Positions 50,180 through 62,071 of a stretch of DNA of 64,000 nucleotides are shown in pieces. A model generated the notes under the pieces. The model was not told where the DNA came from, did no database searches, and was given only the letters and a program-made list of their open reading frames with translations. Each line of letters begins with the position of its first letter. Within the stretch, counting starts at the first letter, position 1. The translations under genes and the position numbers were made by a program. The DNA comes from Squalus acanthias (taxonomy: Eukaryota): assembly GCA_030390025.1 (NCBI GenBank), contig JASTWF010000366.1, positions 248,001-312,000 of the forward strand, read 5' to 3'.

Positions 50180-52239
50180 AGACAGCAGGGGAGTGCATGA
50201 TAAGGGAAAATACAAAGAGATTAGGAAGGCAAAGAGGAACTATGAAATTAAATTATCAAGGAACATAAAACAAAATAGTAAAATATTTTACAGGCACATC
50301 AATAAAAAAAGGAAGGTTGGGATGGGAATAGGGCCATTAAGGGATAGGCAGGATAATACCACAGGTAATGATAGAGAGATGGCAGAAATATTAAATAATT
50401 ATTTTGCTTCAGTAATTAGCAGGGAGATAGAACAGATGAACATTGGATGATGAGATTAGTAATGAGAAAAGTGCATTTAAAATAAAAAGAGGGGATATAG
50501 AAATAAACTAATCAAACTCAAAGAGGATAAAACTCCATGTTCGGATGGATTGCATCCACGCATTTTAAAAGAATCTAGGGAAGAGATAGCAAAGACATTA
50601 CTAAACATATTTAATAATTTGTTAGAAAAAGGTGTTGTCCCAGAGGACTGGCGGATAGCTAACATAATACCTATATATAAGAAGGGGGATAGAACATGTC
50701 CAGGGAATTATAGACCAGTCAGCTTAGCATCGGTGGTAGGAAAAATAATGGAATCCCTACTAAAGGATAAAATAGAAGAACATCTAGAAACCAAAAACAT
50801 AGTAATGAATAGTCAGCATGGAATTCAAAAGGGAAAGCCTTGCTTGACCAACCTCATTGAATTTTTTGAAGAGGTAACAGAGAGAGTAGACAATGGTAAT
50901 GCAGTAGATGTAATTTATCTGAATTTTCAAAAGGCCTTCGATAAGGTACCCATAATAGACTGATGAACAAGGTCAGAGAACGCGGAGTCAGGAGACAAGT
51001 AGCAGAATGGATTGCTGATGAAGGGTCCCAGACCTGAAACGTTAACTCTGTTTCTCTCTCCACGGATGCTGCCTGGCCTGCTGAGTATTTCCAGCATTTT
51101 CTGTTGTTATTTCAGAATGGATTGCTAGCTGGCTTCAGAAAGCAGAGAGTAGGAGTAAAGGGTAGCTATTCACAGTGGCAGAAGGTGGGTAGTGGTGTTC
51201 CACAAGGATCAGTGCTGGGACCACTGCTGTTCACAATTTACATTAACGATTTCGACTTTGGAATCAAAAACACAATTTCTAAATTTGCGGATGACACCAA
51301 ATTGGGGGGGATAGTCAATACTGAGGAGGACTGCAACAAATTGCAGGAGGACATTAATAAACTTGTAGAATGGACATATAATTGGAAAATGAAGTTCAAC
51401 ACAGATAAATGTGAGGTATTACATTTTGGTAGGAAGAATATGGAAGTCCTTTATTACTTGGAGGGTGCGAGTCTAGGTGGGGTAGAGGAACAAAGGGATC
51501 TCAGAGTACAAATACACAAATCACTAAAAGTTGTGACACAGGTTAGCAAGGCCATAAAAAAGCAAACCAAGCACTAGGGTTTATTTCTAGAGGTATAGAA
51601 TTGAAAAGTAGGGAAGTTATGCTAAACCTGTATCGAACCTTGATTAGACCACACTTGGAGTACTGCGTACAGTTTTGGTCGCCATATTCTAAAAAGGCTA
51701 TAGAGGCCCTGGAGAGGGTGCAGAGAAGATTTACAAGGATGATACCAGAAATGCGAGGGTATACATATCAGGAAAGGATGAACAGGCTGGGTCTCTTTTC
51801 TCTTGAAAAAAGGTTGAGGGATGACCTAATAGAAGTCTTTAAAATTATGAAAGGTTTTGATAGATTGGATACAGAGAGAATGTTTCCACTTGTGGGGAAA
51901 AGCAAAACTAGAGGCCATCAATATAAGATAGTCACCAAGAAATCCAGTAGGGAATTCAGAAGAAACTTCTTTACCCAAAGAGTGGTGAAAATGTGGAACT
52001 AGCTATCACAGGGAGTGATTGAAGTGAATAGTATGGATGCATTTAAGGGGAGGCCAGACAAGCGTATGAGGGAGAAGGGAATAGAGAGCTATGCTGATAG
52101 ATTTAGATGAGGAAAGACAGGAGAAGGTTTGAGTGGAGAGGAAAGACGGGAGGAGGCTCGAGTGGAGCATAAACGCTGGCATGGACTGGTTGGGCCGAAT
52201 GGCCTGTTTCTATGCTGTATATCCTATGTAATCCTATGT
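50180..52239 (+). mobile_element. 5'-truncated CR1 LINE in intron 1, ORF2 frameshifted and interrupted
   Basis: ORF fragments 50550-50963 (NYRPVSLASVVGKIME, CLTNLIEFF), 51104-51577 (GVPQGSVLGPLLF, YIND, FADDTK) and 51601-52002 (RPHLEYCVQFWSP). 3' tail GGGCCGAATGGCC...(ATCCTATGT)x2. Confidence 0.93.
51017..51112 (+). mobile_element. 96-bp Penelope-derived short element carrying a minimal hammerhead-ribozyme core, with 14-bp TSD
   Basis: Interrupts the CR1 ORF2. CAGAATGGATTGCT is duplicated at 51003-51016 and 51113-51126. CTGATGA-AGGGTCCCAGACCT-GAAACGTT at 51015-51043. Confidence 0.8.
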
Positions 52240-53844
52240 TGTCAGTTTGGGCAGCTTTTAAACCCGTTTTTAAAATGTTTGAAGTCCAGACTGCAATCCT
52301 GCAGATAAAATCTCAACTAGATTTAAAAAATCTAAAATGGCATTGCTAGCTCCACTTCTAACTACAGATTCTGCTACTTGAACTAGGTTTTGCAGCCTGT
52401 TAAAATGTTTGTATTTTTATGTCATTTCAATTTTATTTTTGATTGAAAGAAATTAACATTTATGTTCCATATTATAGTTTGTGCTGCTTCTATGTATGTA
52501 TGTAAAGAAAGTATTTTTACATATTTTTAAAATATTTGATTTACAGCTTTTAAAATACTTCAAAAATTATTTGAATATTCGCATTATAATGTTTAAAAGA
52601 ATTTTTTCAGAAATATTTTTGGGGAGAAATGGAATTTACAATACTATATTCAGGATCTAAGGAAATGAGACTTTTATTCGAATTATGAATCACAAATGTG
52701 CTTTGAAAATACACAAATATAATCAGAACAAAGGTGATTATACAAAGAATGCATTTTACAGCATGCAGTGAGAAATTGGGAAGCACTGCAATTAGTTGCC
52801 ACAATTGCATGGGTGTTACTGCTTATTGAGATTGTTACCTCAGATTGTGGCGGGTGGATTTCCTTTGTGGTCTCTGCAGGGAACCCGAGAGCCCAAAGTG
52901 GTGTTACTCAAGACTTGAATGGTCTAGTTGTGCTGCAGTTTCTGCTCTGACACATCCTGGTTTTCATCCTGCATCACTGATTTAAGGGTCCTTCTAATTC
53001 TGGCAAACGGTGCAAGTCTGACATTGCTTGGGCTGCAGTGCAACTAATGCAAAGCCAGCTTTTAAACTTCCAAGTTCAGAAATTGCCTTTAAAGTTTGAT
53101 TTACTTTAACACCGTTTTATTTGATAATTCTAACAATGACTCAATGCCAACAGAAGGGTTTTGTCCAAAGTTTATAGAAACCAGATGGGTAAGGCTACAG
53201 GGCAGTGAAACATTTCCCTAACCTGCTGTTACACCTTTCTCATACAGGCATTGAGATCTAATTCTCACAGTATCTCCCGCTCAGCAAACCTCTTTTGCCA
53301 CCCAGTCTAAGATCAGTTAACTCAGTGCAGAGCAGGAATGGAACCTGCCGTGTTCTTGATTGGCATGGCTCAACACCACATTTACCCCGAACTACGAAAG
53401 GCATTTCATAGTTTTAGTTTTTTAACCAGAAAAGCAAGAGAATCAGCCATTTCCTGTACATTGTGCTTAATCTCATTAGTAAAACATTTTTTCTCTAAAG
53501 TTTTTGCATCAGATCAGATGTTACTGATTCAGTTGTCTAGAATTCCAAGTCACCTTGCTCCTACAGTCAGTGTTTTATTTGCACACTTTCACTGTTCACT
53601 CTCTGGCATGAAGTTGATATACATTTTAAACAGGGTTACACAGTACCCTTGTTTTATACACATGGGCCTGAGTACTCCACAGGTCACATTTCACAGTGTA
53701 AGTTCAAATGTTATCCTAACATAGTATTGTAGCACCCTGGCTGTTGTGTTGATGTGTTCTTAATTAAACCTGGACACAGTGCAGTGTGCTTGAGGTGCCT
53801 GATACAATACTCTGAAGTAAAACACCATTTATTTCCCTCTCTAG

Positions 53845-53947
53845 GACTGTGGCAGCTGAGGTAAGAAAGCAGATCTCTGGCCAGTATGGCAGCTCTCCAC
53901 AGCTGCTCAAAAACCTCAGTGTTGGGGCAAATGTTTCCCACCATTCA
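53845..53947 (+). CDS. DOCK7: DOCK7-like coding exon 2
   Basis: Acceptor tttatttccctctctag and donor gtaagt. 103 nt, in phase with exon 1, giving (R)[34 protein letters not shown], which resembles DOCK7 [24 protein letters not shown]... Confidence 0.92.
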
Positions 53948-54044
53948 GTAAGTTAATTTTTTTAAATATAATCTCTTAGAACTTTCAGAAGTTGTTGGCC
54001 TTTACTTTTGTTTGATAAAGAAGCCTTTTGTTAAATTTGATGTT

Positions 54045-54400
54045 TCCTGGATGGCTCGATTAGTAAGAGTGGAACTGAGCCATACAGAGCAGGACAGTCC
54101 TAGATTTGTGCCGAGTTAATTGATCCTCAGTTAAGGCAGCAGTAGGGTTTCTACAACTGTCCTTGGCACTCTTGCTCCGGATTGCTGTCTAGTAACCCCT
54201 GCTGTAAAGTACTGGTGTGTGGAAGTTGGAGGAGGACAGGATTGGGCTCAGTTGCAATGACACCTATGGTCAGATAGGCCTGTTGATAGTCATTGTCAAG
54301 GTTTCCACATTAAAAGGACACTTAGGTGAGGTACCAGTTGGTGGCCAAAGTCCATGTAACCATACCAATCATACAATTGAGTCTTCAGGGGAGGAAGGGA
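54045..54400 (+). mobile_element. Old SINE-like interspersed repeat, copy of a family present several times in these introns
   Basis: A-box-like TGGCTCGATTAG head. Shares motifs (CTGAGCCATACAG, GAGTTAA..GATC.CAG, GGACAGGATTGGGCTC, GAGTC..CTTCAGG) in reverse with the copies at 56360, 57375, 59700 and a partial one at ~53290-53380. Confidence 0.55.
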
Positions 54401-54667
54401 GACGTGACTGCATTTAATACAGTGTAAAATTATGTTTTTGATCCTGTAGATCGCTACATGGCCATTTCAACAAAAAGAATGAAAAGAGAAATTTGACCAG
54501 TTCCCCGTCGAAGCTGGTGGTCTTGCATCCTCCGTGTTAAAATCACAGGCTGATGTTTGACACTGGTTTGTGGAGAAGTGGTAATGAAATTGAATATAAT
54601 GCAATCAATCATACTTCCAACAACCAAACAAATAATTATTAAAATGAAAAAAACATATAACTTAAAA

Positions 54668-55012
54668 TTAGAAATAAAACAGTAAAGGTGTAAATAAAAG
54701 GTAGGTCAGTCAGCAACTGAAAAGAGAAAAGAATGCTTAAAATTTAAAATGTAAGCCTTTTGTCAGTCCTGTAAGATAAATAATGTTGTATGTTGTATCC
54801 GCTGCTCCTCTACACTGGGGAGACCAAATGAAATTTAGATGACTGCCTTGCCAAACATCTATCTCTGTTCTGTACGATAAATGAAAGATGGAACAAGAAT
54901 TTTAATCAAATCTTTTTTTCTGTTTGAAGAAGAAGGATACATTAACCTGTCTTTTTCTCTCTACAGATGCTAAGTAATCTGCTGTGTGTTTCCAACATTT
55001 TCTGTTTTTGTT
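54668..55012. mobile_element. Degenerate inverted pair of the Penelope-derived short element
   Basis: 54922-55012 (+): TTAACCTGTCTTTTTCTCTCTACAGATGCT...TTTCCAACATTTTCTGTTTTTG. 54668-54767 resembles the reverse complement (AAATAAAACAG...AGGTCAGTCAGCAACTGAAAGAGAAAA). Confidence 0.5.
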
Positions 55013-56359
55013 TAATGATATAGTTTATTGGTGTGTTCAATGTGTTAACCTGTTGGAAATACCTGCTTTATATTTGTTCCACATGTTTCAGTTATTCGTC
55101 TTAATGTAATAACATGATGCTTGCTTTGTTGTTGGGCAAGTGGGAGTGGTCATTATATGTAGAGGGCAGCAGAGTTAAAAAGGTGAGATGTGAGGATGGA
55201 TCAGCACACTCGAGTTTTGTGTCGAGGGAATTTTTTCCTGCATATAACCAGTGAAACCTGGGAGTGCTCCATGCTGAGAGTGGATGCCGAAAATAAAGTG
55301 TTTCATTCCTCAATTTGACCATGGAAATTAATATTTTTTTAAACAAAAATCAAGTCCTAGAAGTGCAGGATTGGCAATATGAATTTAATGGTTTTGCCCT
55401 TTTAAAAATTTGTTTTTAAAAGTTGAAATAAACAGTAGAATCGGATCCTAAATTAAATAGTGAAGAAACATGATAGAAGATCATGAATGTAAAGAGGATG
55501 GTAGACGTGGAGCTGGGGGAGGGAAAGAAGTAATTTAATGTGGTATGTGATCAAAGTTGAAAGTGCACTCAGAGCTCCAGAATTTAGATTTTTGATTTAG
55601 TTTCTATTAAATGTAAATTTACTTTTCGTTGTAGGTGGGCAGGGACCTAAAGCAAAAAAATCATTTGTCAACTGAGATTTGTGGTTAAGATATTGCCTAC
55701 GAGAGCCCTTTGTTGTGATGTATTTTGATAAGCAGCACCCCCACCCCAGCCACATCATTGTGAAAGTGATAAAACATGCAAAAGTTGTTGCTTGACTCAT
55801 TTAAAAGATGAACGTAGTGTAGGAAAACCACTATCTACATTGCTGCTTATTATTGATTTGATTCTTTTTTTCTGTGCTGACCAAGAGGATGGTTTGGCCA
55901 GTTGCTCCCAGATACCTGCTGGTGGTCTTCTTGTGGCTACTGGGAGGCTAACAGACATGTTGGTATCTTGCTGAGCTTTCCACTCAGCACCTTGTTATAA
56001 TGGTGCAGCTGAAATGGGGACATTGAGGGGAACCAACACATCCTGCAAGCATTGGAACTTCAGTGTACTGGACAACTGCATGACCTCTGCATTTGTTTTA
56101 TGCTCAACAGTGGGCACGGTTGTAATTTCTTGCATAAAGGTGATTAAATCAAATGTTTTGAGATCGGACTGAAAGTATTGTTCTGTAACCTCATGGTGCT
56201 CTCAGAGCTGAATGGGCAGTGCAGTACAATTAGTCTACAGTACAATGTGTAGCTAAAATAACTGTGCTAGAATCAACAGACCTGTCCACTCCCTAGACAC
56301 AGTAATCTGCGATGCTGGTTACTCCTAGAACCAGTTGTCCACAGTCTGATTGGATCTCT

Positions 56360-56730
56360 CTCCCCTCTTCTGACGATGACCCATGACCTGTCCTGGAGTA
56401 CGGTTCCACAGGCTTCCGCAGACCTTTGACACTTTGGCCAATTGGCCGTTCTTCATGTTGAGCTGAGACAGTGACTGTCAGTATTTGAGTGTGGATGGTT
56501 TCACAGCCAAGCATAATCTTGCCCTTACCCAATGTCCACACATGTTCTTTCCAGCAAAAGTCATTGGATAGTGATCAGGAACTGTGACTGATTTATCTCC
56601 TTGCCTAGACCAGGGATGTTAAGGTGAATTGTGGAGCCTCTATTGCCATCCCTACTGACATCAACTAACTCAGCATTGAGCAAGGTTTGATCCTCTGTCT
56701 TTCCTGGCCTGTTTATGCCTCAGTATCACA
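56360..56730 (-). mobile_element. Old SINE-like repeat copy
   Basis: GTACGGTTCCACAGG...GGCCGTTCTTCATG...GACAGTGA motifs shared with 57375-57745 and 59700-59850. Confidence 0.55.
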
Positions 56731-57374
56731 ATGGGAAGTACTGATTCATCAAGACAACTCTCTCTAGTGCAAGAACAGAAACCTGTCCATTACATAACTA
56801 CCCTCTGTACCTGAAATGTAAATAATCCATTATACTGGGCTTGATGCACACATACAGTAGACTATTCATGATTTTAGTACTGTAAGTGTTTGAAAGTGTG
56901 AGAGTATTATTAAAATAACTAATTAGGTTGAAAGTAATTAACAACTCAAATAAGTCTCAGGAGTTCACAGTTGTATCAGCTATAGACTGTAGTGTAATCT
57001 AATTTATTATTCAGCTGTATTCAGCCTCTTGAGAACACCCACAAGAAACATGTTTTTAATGGAACCACTTCTGTTCCTTCCACAGGCATGGCAGCGTGAG
57101 CAGAATGTTTAGACTTTTCACCTGTGCACTACAAAAAAATCCCATTCCTTTTACAAAAAATCCCATGCTAAACCACAGGCATTACCCTTAGAGACTCTAA
57201 CTAATGAACAGGAGACCTGAATTTACCTATTAAAACAGTCCTTGGAAGCACAGACCTGATAATGACCAATCTTTTTTTTATCGTGCTTTGAAAGGATATA
57301 TCTCATGGCACAGCAATACGTTGTGTAATCTTAACATAATCTATTTACAAAAAAGTCTCTCCCTCCAACTTATC

Positions 57375-57745
57375 GTTCTCCTTTCCTGAAGACACTGACT
57401 CATGTTACAGTTCCATAGGCACTGACCATACTCCAGTGCTTCACCTAAATGACAATTCTTCATATGAGAGTGTAGACAGTGAGTGTCAACTGGCTATTGG
57501 CTTGTGGAGTCCACAAGTGTGCACTTTTGAGCAAGAGTCAGAGGATAGTGATTGGGAGTAGGAACTCTAGCCAAGTTTTTTTTCCCTCCTTTAATTCCCA
57601 TTGTAGCCCAAGGCTACAGGGCTAGTTGTAGCACCTTTACACAGCCCAGGCTGACAGCTAACTCCTCACAAACCAGAAGGCAAATCTTGTACTTTGCTGA
57701 CATGTTTGACTCAGCTACTCACTGGCTAAAGCTGCTGAGCCATCA
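57375..57745 (-). mobile_element. Old SINE-like repeat copy
   Basis: CCTGAAGACACTGACTCATG..CAGTTCCATAGG...CACCTAAATGACAATTCTTCATATGAG...GACAGTG aligns by eye with 59700-59800. Confidence 0.55.
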
Positions 57746-58310
57746 GCAGAGCTCAGTATGGAGGAAGGATTTGGTTTGTGGAAGTATTATTTCCTGTTTG
57801 CACATCTGTAAGAAGGGACGTAATGACCTCAGTAATTTTAGGATTTTAATCAAGCTTGTCGAGTGAGTCCCTTTCATTTAACCTTGGATTCCTTTCAGCT
57901 GTGCTGGAAGCTGTTTGTGCATTGATCCACATGTCTGTACATTTTCTGAAATGACTTGTCACCTCAATAACTTTTAAGCATTTGGCAAACTTACACCAAG
58001 CCTGAGATGGATTTTCTCTCCTCAGACTCTCAGGACTTTTTGGCCACAGTGAAGCTGTTTAGATTTCTGTCTGGTAAATAAGCTTGACTCGGCACAACTC
58101 CTGAGACTGGGAACAGAACATAATGCAGATTTGTGAATTTGAATGCCGTTTTAGAAGCTTTATTGGTGGCTTTCACATAGATTTGTCTCAACCCTTAGAC
58201 CACTGTCTCACTGGACCAAGTTGTGAATTTGTGAACTATGAGCTGAAATAAATGCTCGTATTGCAATAATAAAGCTAATCTGTGATAACGTTAACCCTGT
58301 ATTTCACATC

Positions 58311-58313
<3 letters not shown>

Positions 58314-58342
<29 letters not shown>
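58314..58342. repeat. (TA)n microsatellite
   Basis: Perfect alternating AT run of ~29 nt. Confidence 0.95.
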
Positions 58343-59001
58343 CTTAAAAATATATTATAATTAAGAAATATTTTCTACATCACATTAATCTGTATGTCAC
58401 ATCCGGATTTGTACGTATCTATAGTGTGAAAAATCATCCATTACACTTTTCTGATTGGCTTGAATAATAATTGTCTGTTCAGTTAAGCATGCTCATTTAT
58501 TTAAATGTTTGACAGGTTAAAAACAAGCTACCAAAATGAATCATGAATGAGCATGCACATGAAACCAAACAAGTCATTTCTTTTCCAAAGCAAGCAATCT
58601 GGCAACACCAACTATCACCAAATGAACCAATCAAATCACTGAAATTATTAGTTTCAGCCACTTTCTTTTGATTTCTGACCCAGTTGAGTTAATGTCTATA
58701 TAAAATCGTAATGTATGAAACACAAAAAAATTATATAGTTCACAATACAATTAAAAAAATCAAGCTTATCTATAGAATTGGATGCATTATGTTTGAAATT
58801 TCTACAATAAAGCTTGTTTTGACAGGCCTTTGAGTTCTGAAGGTTAGATTCATTTTCTCTTCTCCTTCTCTGCAGCTTCAATTCTTCACCTTGGCTTTAT
58901 TCCTGATTGTTTCCCTTAGAGTTAGGCCCAATTGCACGTACATACTCTGGGGCCCTAAATCTTTTTTGAACCGGTTACATTTCAGAAGGATAAAGGTTAT
59001 G

Positions 59002-59666
59002 CAACCCCATATCCTCTCCATCACCAAGACCGCCTACTTCCACCTCCGTAACATCGCCCGACTGCGCCCCTGCTTCAGCTCATCTGCTTCTGAAACCCTC
59101 ATCCATTCCTTTGTTACCTCCAGCCTCCACTATTCTAATGCTTTCCTGGCCGGCCTCCCACCTTGTACCCTCTGGAAACTTGAGCTCATCCAAAACTCTG
59201 CTGCCTGTGTCCTAGCTCGCACCAAGTCCTGTTCACCCATCACCCCGCGCTCACTGACCTACATTGGCTCCCGGTCTGTCAACGTCTCGGTTTTAAATTT
59301 CTCATCCTTGTCTTCAAATCCCTCCATGGCATCGCCTCCCTCCCTATCTCTGTAACCTCCTCCTACCCTACAACCCTCCGAGATCTCTGCGCTCCTCCAA
59401 TTCTGACCTCTTGCACATCCCCGATTTTTATTGCTCCACCACTGGCGGTCATGCCTCCAGCTGCCTGGGCCCTAAGCTCTGGAATTCGCTCCCTAAACCT
59501 CGCCTGCTCTCTACCTCTTTCTCCTCCTTTAAGATGCTCCTTAAAACCTATCTCTTTGGTCACCTACCCTTATGTGGCTTGGTGTCAAATTTTGTTTGAT
59601 AACGCTCCTGTGTCTTGGGATGTTTTACTACGGTAAAGGTGCAATATAAATGCAAGATATTGTTGT
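59002..59666 (+). mobile_element. L2-clade LINE 3' fragment
   Basis: PHILSITKTAYFHLRNIARLRPCFS...ETLIHSFVTS.LHYSNAFLAGLP...LELIQNSAA is the typical vertebrate L2 ORF2 C-terminus. Tail AAAGGTGCAATATAAATGCAAG followed by TTGTTG. Confidence 0.88.
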
Positions 59667-59699
59667 CACCAAATCAGCCCTTTTTAAACCAGTTTTCTA

Positions 59700-59850
59700 C
59701 ACTCCTCTCCTGAAGGTGTTGACTCCTGCTAGGGTACGGTTCCATAGGAACTTTACCTAAATGGCCATTCTTCATGTGAGCATGGACAGTGCAATTTAGC
59801 AAATTAATTGACTGTGGAGGGCATTGCACCCAAGTCTGATCATTTTCTCA
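59700..59850 (-). mobile_element. Partial old SINE-like repeat copy
   Basis: CTCCTGAAGGTGTTGACTCCTG...GTACGGTTCCATAGG...ACCTAAATGGCCATTCTTCATGTGAG is shared with the 56360 and 57375 copies. Confidence 0.55.
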
Positions 59851-59854
59851 TTTG

Positions 59855-59990
59855 ATCAACAGATTTTTGTTAGTTAAGGGTATCAAGGGATAGGGAGCAA
59901 AGGCGGGTAAATGGACTTGAGGTACAGATCAGCCATGATCTAATTGCATGGCGCAGCAGGCTCGAGCGGCTGAATGGCCTACTCCTGTTA
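59855..59990 (+). mobile_element. CR1 3'-end fragment
   Basis: AGATCAGCCATGATCTAATTG.ATGGCG.AGCAGGCTCGAG.GGCTGAATGGCCTACTCCTG is the reverse complement of the CR1 tails at 50007 and 62072. Confidence 0.8.
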
Positions 59991-60155
59991 TGATCAGCTC
60001 CTTTGCCAACTGAGCTCTGGGCCTTGTAGGAGTTTATTAAATGTTGCGTATTTGGTGATGAATTGAAAACATTTGAGATCATCCTGGATCTTTCAACAAA
60101 AAAGATCGTGCAAGGAATTAATTCAATTTAAGAAGGGCAGATTTTGGACAATAAT

Positions 60156-62071
60156 TAGAATCATAGAATGTTTACAGCACGGAAGAAGGCCATTCGGCCC
60201 ATCGAGCCTGTGCGGGCTCTCTGCAAGAGCACTTCAACTAGTCCCACTTCACCGCCCTTTCCCCGTAGCCCTGCAAATGTTTTTCTTTCAGGTACTTATC
60301 CAACTCCCTTTTGAAAGCCGTGATTGAATCTGTCTCCACCACCCTTTCAGGCAGTGCATTCCAGATCCTAACCACTCACTGAAAAAAAAAGTTTTTTCTT
60401 ACGTCGCCTTTGGTTCTTTTGCCAATCATCTTAAATCTGTGTCCTTTGGTTTTCGACCCTTCTGCCAATGGGAACAGTTTCCCTCTATCTACTCTGTCCA
60501 GACCCCTCATGATTTTGAACACCTCTATCATATCTCCTCTCAATCGTCTCTGCTCCAAGGAGAACAACCCCAGCTTCTCCAGTCTATCCACGTAACTGAA
60601 GTCCCTCATCCCTGGGATCATTCTCGTAAATCCTTTCTGCACCCTCTCTAAGGCCTTCACATCCTTCCTAAAGTGCAGTGCCCAGAATTGGACACAATAC
60701 TCCAGTTGAGGGCGAACCAGTTGATCATAATTTTCACACTTTTGTACTCTATATCTCTATTCATGAATCCCAGGATTCCGTAAGCTTTTTTATCTGCTTT
60801 CTCAACCTGCCCTGCCACCTTTGATGATTTGTGCACATATACCCCTAGGTCTCTCTATTCATGCACCCCCTTTAGGATTGTACCCTTTAGTTTATATTTC
60901 CTCTCCTCATGCTTTCTACCAAAATGTATCACTTCACACTTTTCTGCGCTAAATTTCATCTGCCACATGTCCGCCCATTCCACCAGCCTGTCTATTTCCC
61001 CTTGAAGTCTATCACTATCCTCCTCACTGTTCACTATACTTCCAAGTTTCGTGACATCTACAAATTTTGAAATTGTGCCCTGTGCACCCACATCCAAGTC
61101 ATTAATATATATCAAGAAAAGCAGTGGTCCTCGAACCGACCCCTGAGAAAACCACTGTACACCTTCCTCCAGTCCGAAAAACAATCATTCACCACTACTC
61201 TCTGTTTCCTGTCACTTAGCCAATTTCGTATCCATGCTACCACTGTCCCTTTTATTCCATGGCTTCAACTTTGCTGGCAAGCCTATTATGTGGCACTTTG
61301 TCGAACACCTTTTGGAAATCCATGTACACCATGTCATCCGCATTGCCCTCATCAACCCTCTCCGTTACCTCATCAAAAAACTCGATCAAGTTGGTTAAAC
61401 ACGATTTGCCTTTAACAAATTCGTGCTGGCTTTCCTTAATTAATCCACACTTGTCTAAGTGACTGTTAATTTTGTCCCTGATTATTGTTTCTAAAAGCTT
61501 CCCCACTACCGAGGTTAAACTGACCAGCCGATAGTTGCTGGATTTATCTTTACACCTTTTTTTGAATAAGGGTGTAACATTTGCAATTCTCCAGTCCTCT
61601 GACACCACCCCCGTTTCTAAGGAGGATTGGAAGATTATGGCCAGTACCTCCGCGATTTCTTCCTTCACTTCCCTCAGCATCCTAGGATGCATCCCATCCG
61701 GTCCTGGTGACTTATCTACTTTAAGTACAGCCAGCCTTTCTAGTACCTCCTCTTTATCAATTCTTATCCCATCCAGTATCTCCTCTACCTCTTCCTTTAC
61801 TATGTCTGTGGCAGCATCTTCTTCCTTGGTGCAGACGGATGCAAAGTACTCATTTAGTACCTCAGCCATACCCTCTGCCTCCATGCGTAGGTCTCCTTTT
61901 TGGTCCCTAATCGGCCCCACCCCTCCTCTTACTACCCGTTTACTATTTATATGCCTATAGAAGACTTTTGAATTACCTTTTATGTTAGCTGGCATACCTT
62001 CTCTTTGCCCCTCTTATTTTCTTTTTCACTTCTCTGAAATTTCTATATTTAGCCTGATTCTCAGATGTATT
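60156..62071 (-). mobile_element. CR1 LINE, decayed ORF2, interrupted at its 5' side by a younger CR1
   Basis: Minus ORFs 61252-61995 (KSPGPDGMHPRML, CLTNLIEFFDEVT), 60855-61184 and 60376-60660, with frameshifts. 3' repeat TAGAATCATAGAAT at 60156. Confidence 0.92.

Noticed and set aside
57068..57101. Acceptor TTCTGTTCCTTCCACAG followed 10 nt later by GTGAGC (possible micro-exon)
   Set aside because: 10 nt would break frame after the phase-0 exon 2 and does not match the expected exon 3 (VPLTE...). It is unsupported without RNA data.
58440..58640. CTGATTGG...CCAATCA inverted motif suggesting a DNA-transposon relic or CCAAT boxes
   Set aside because: The match is too short, in AT-rich DNA, with no defined termini or TSD.
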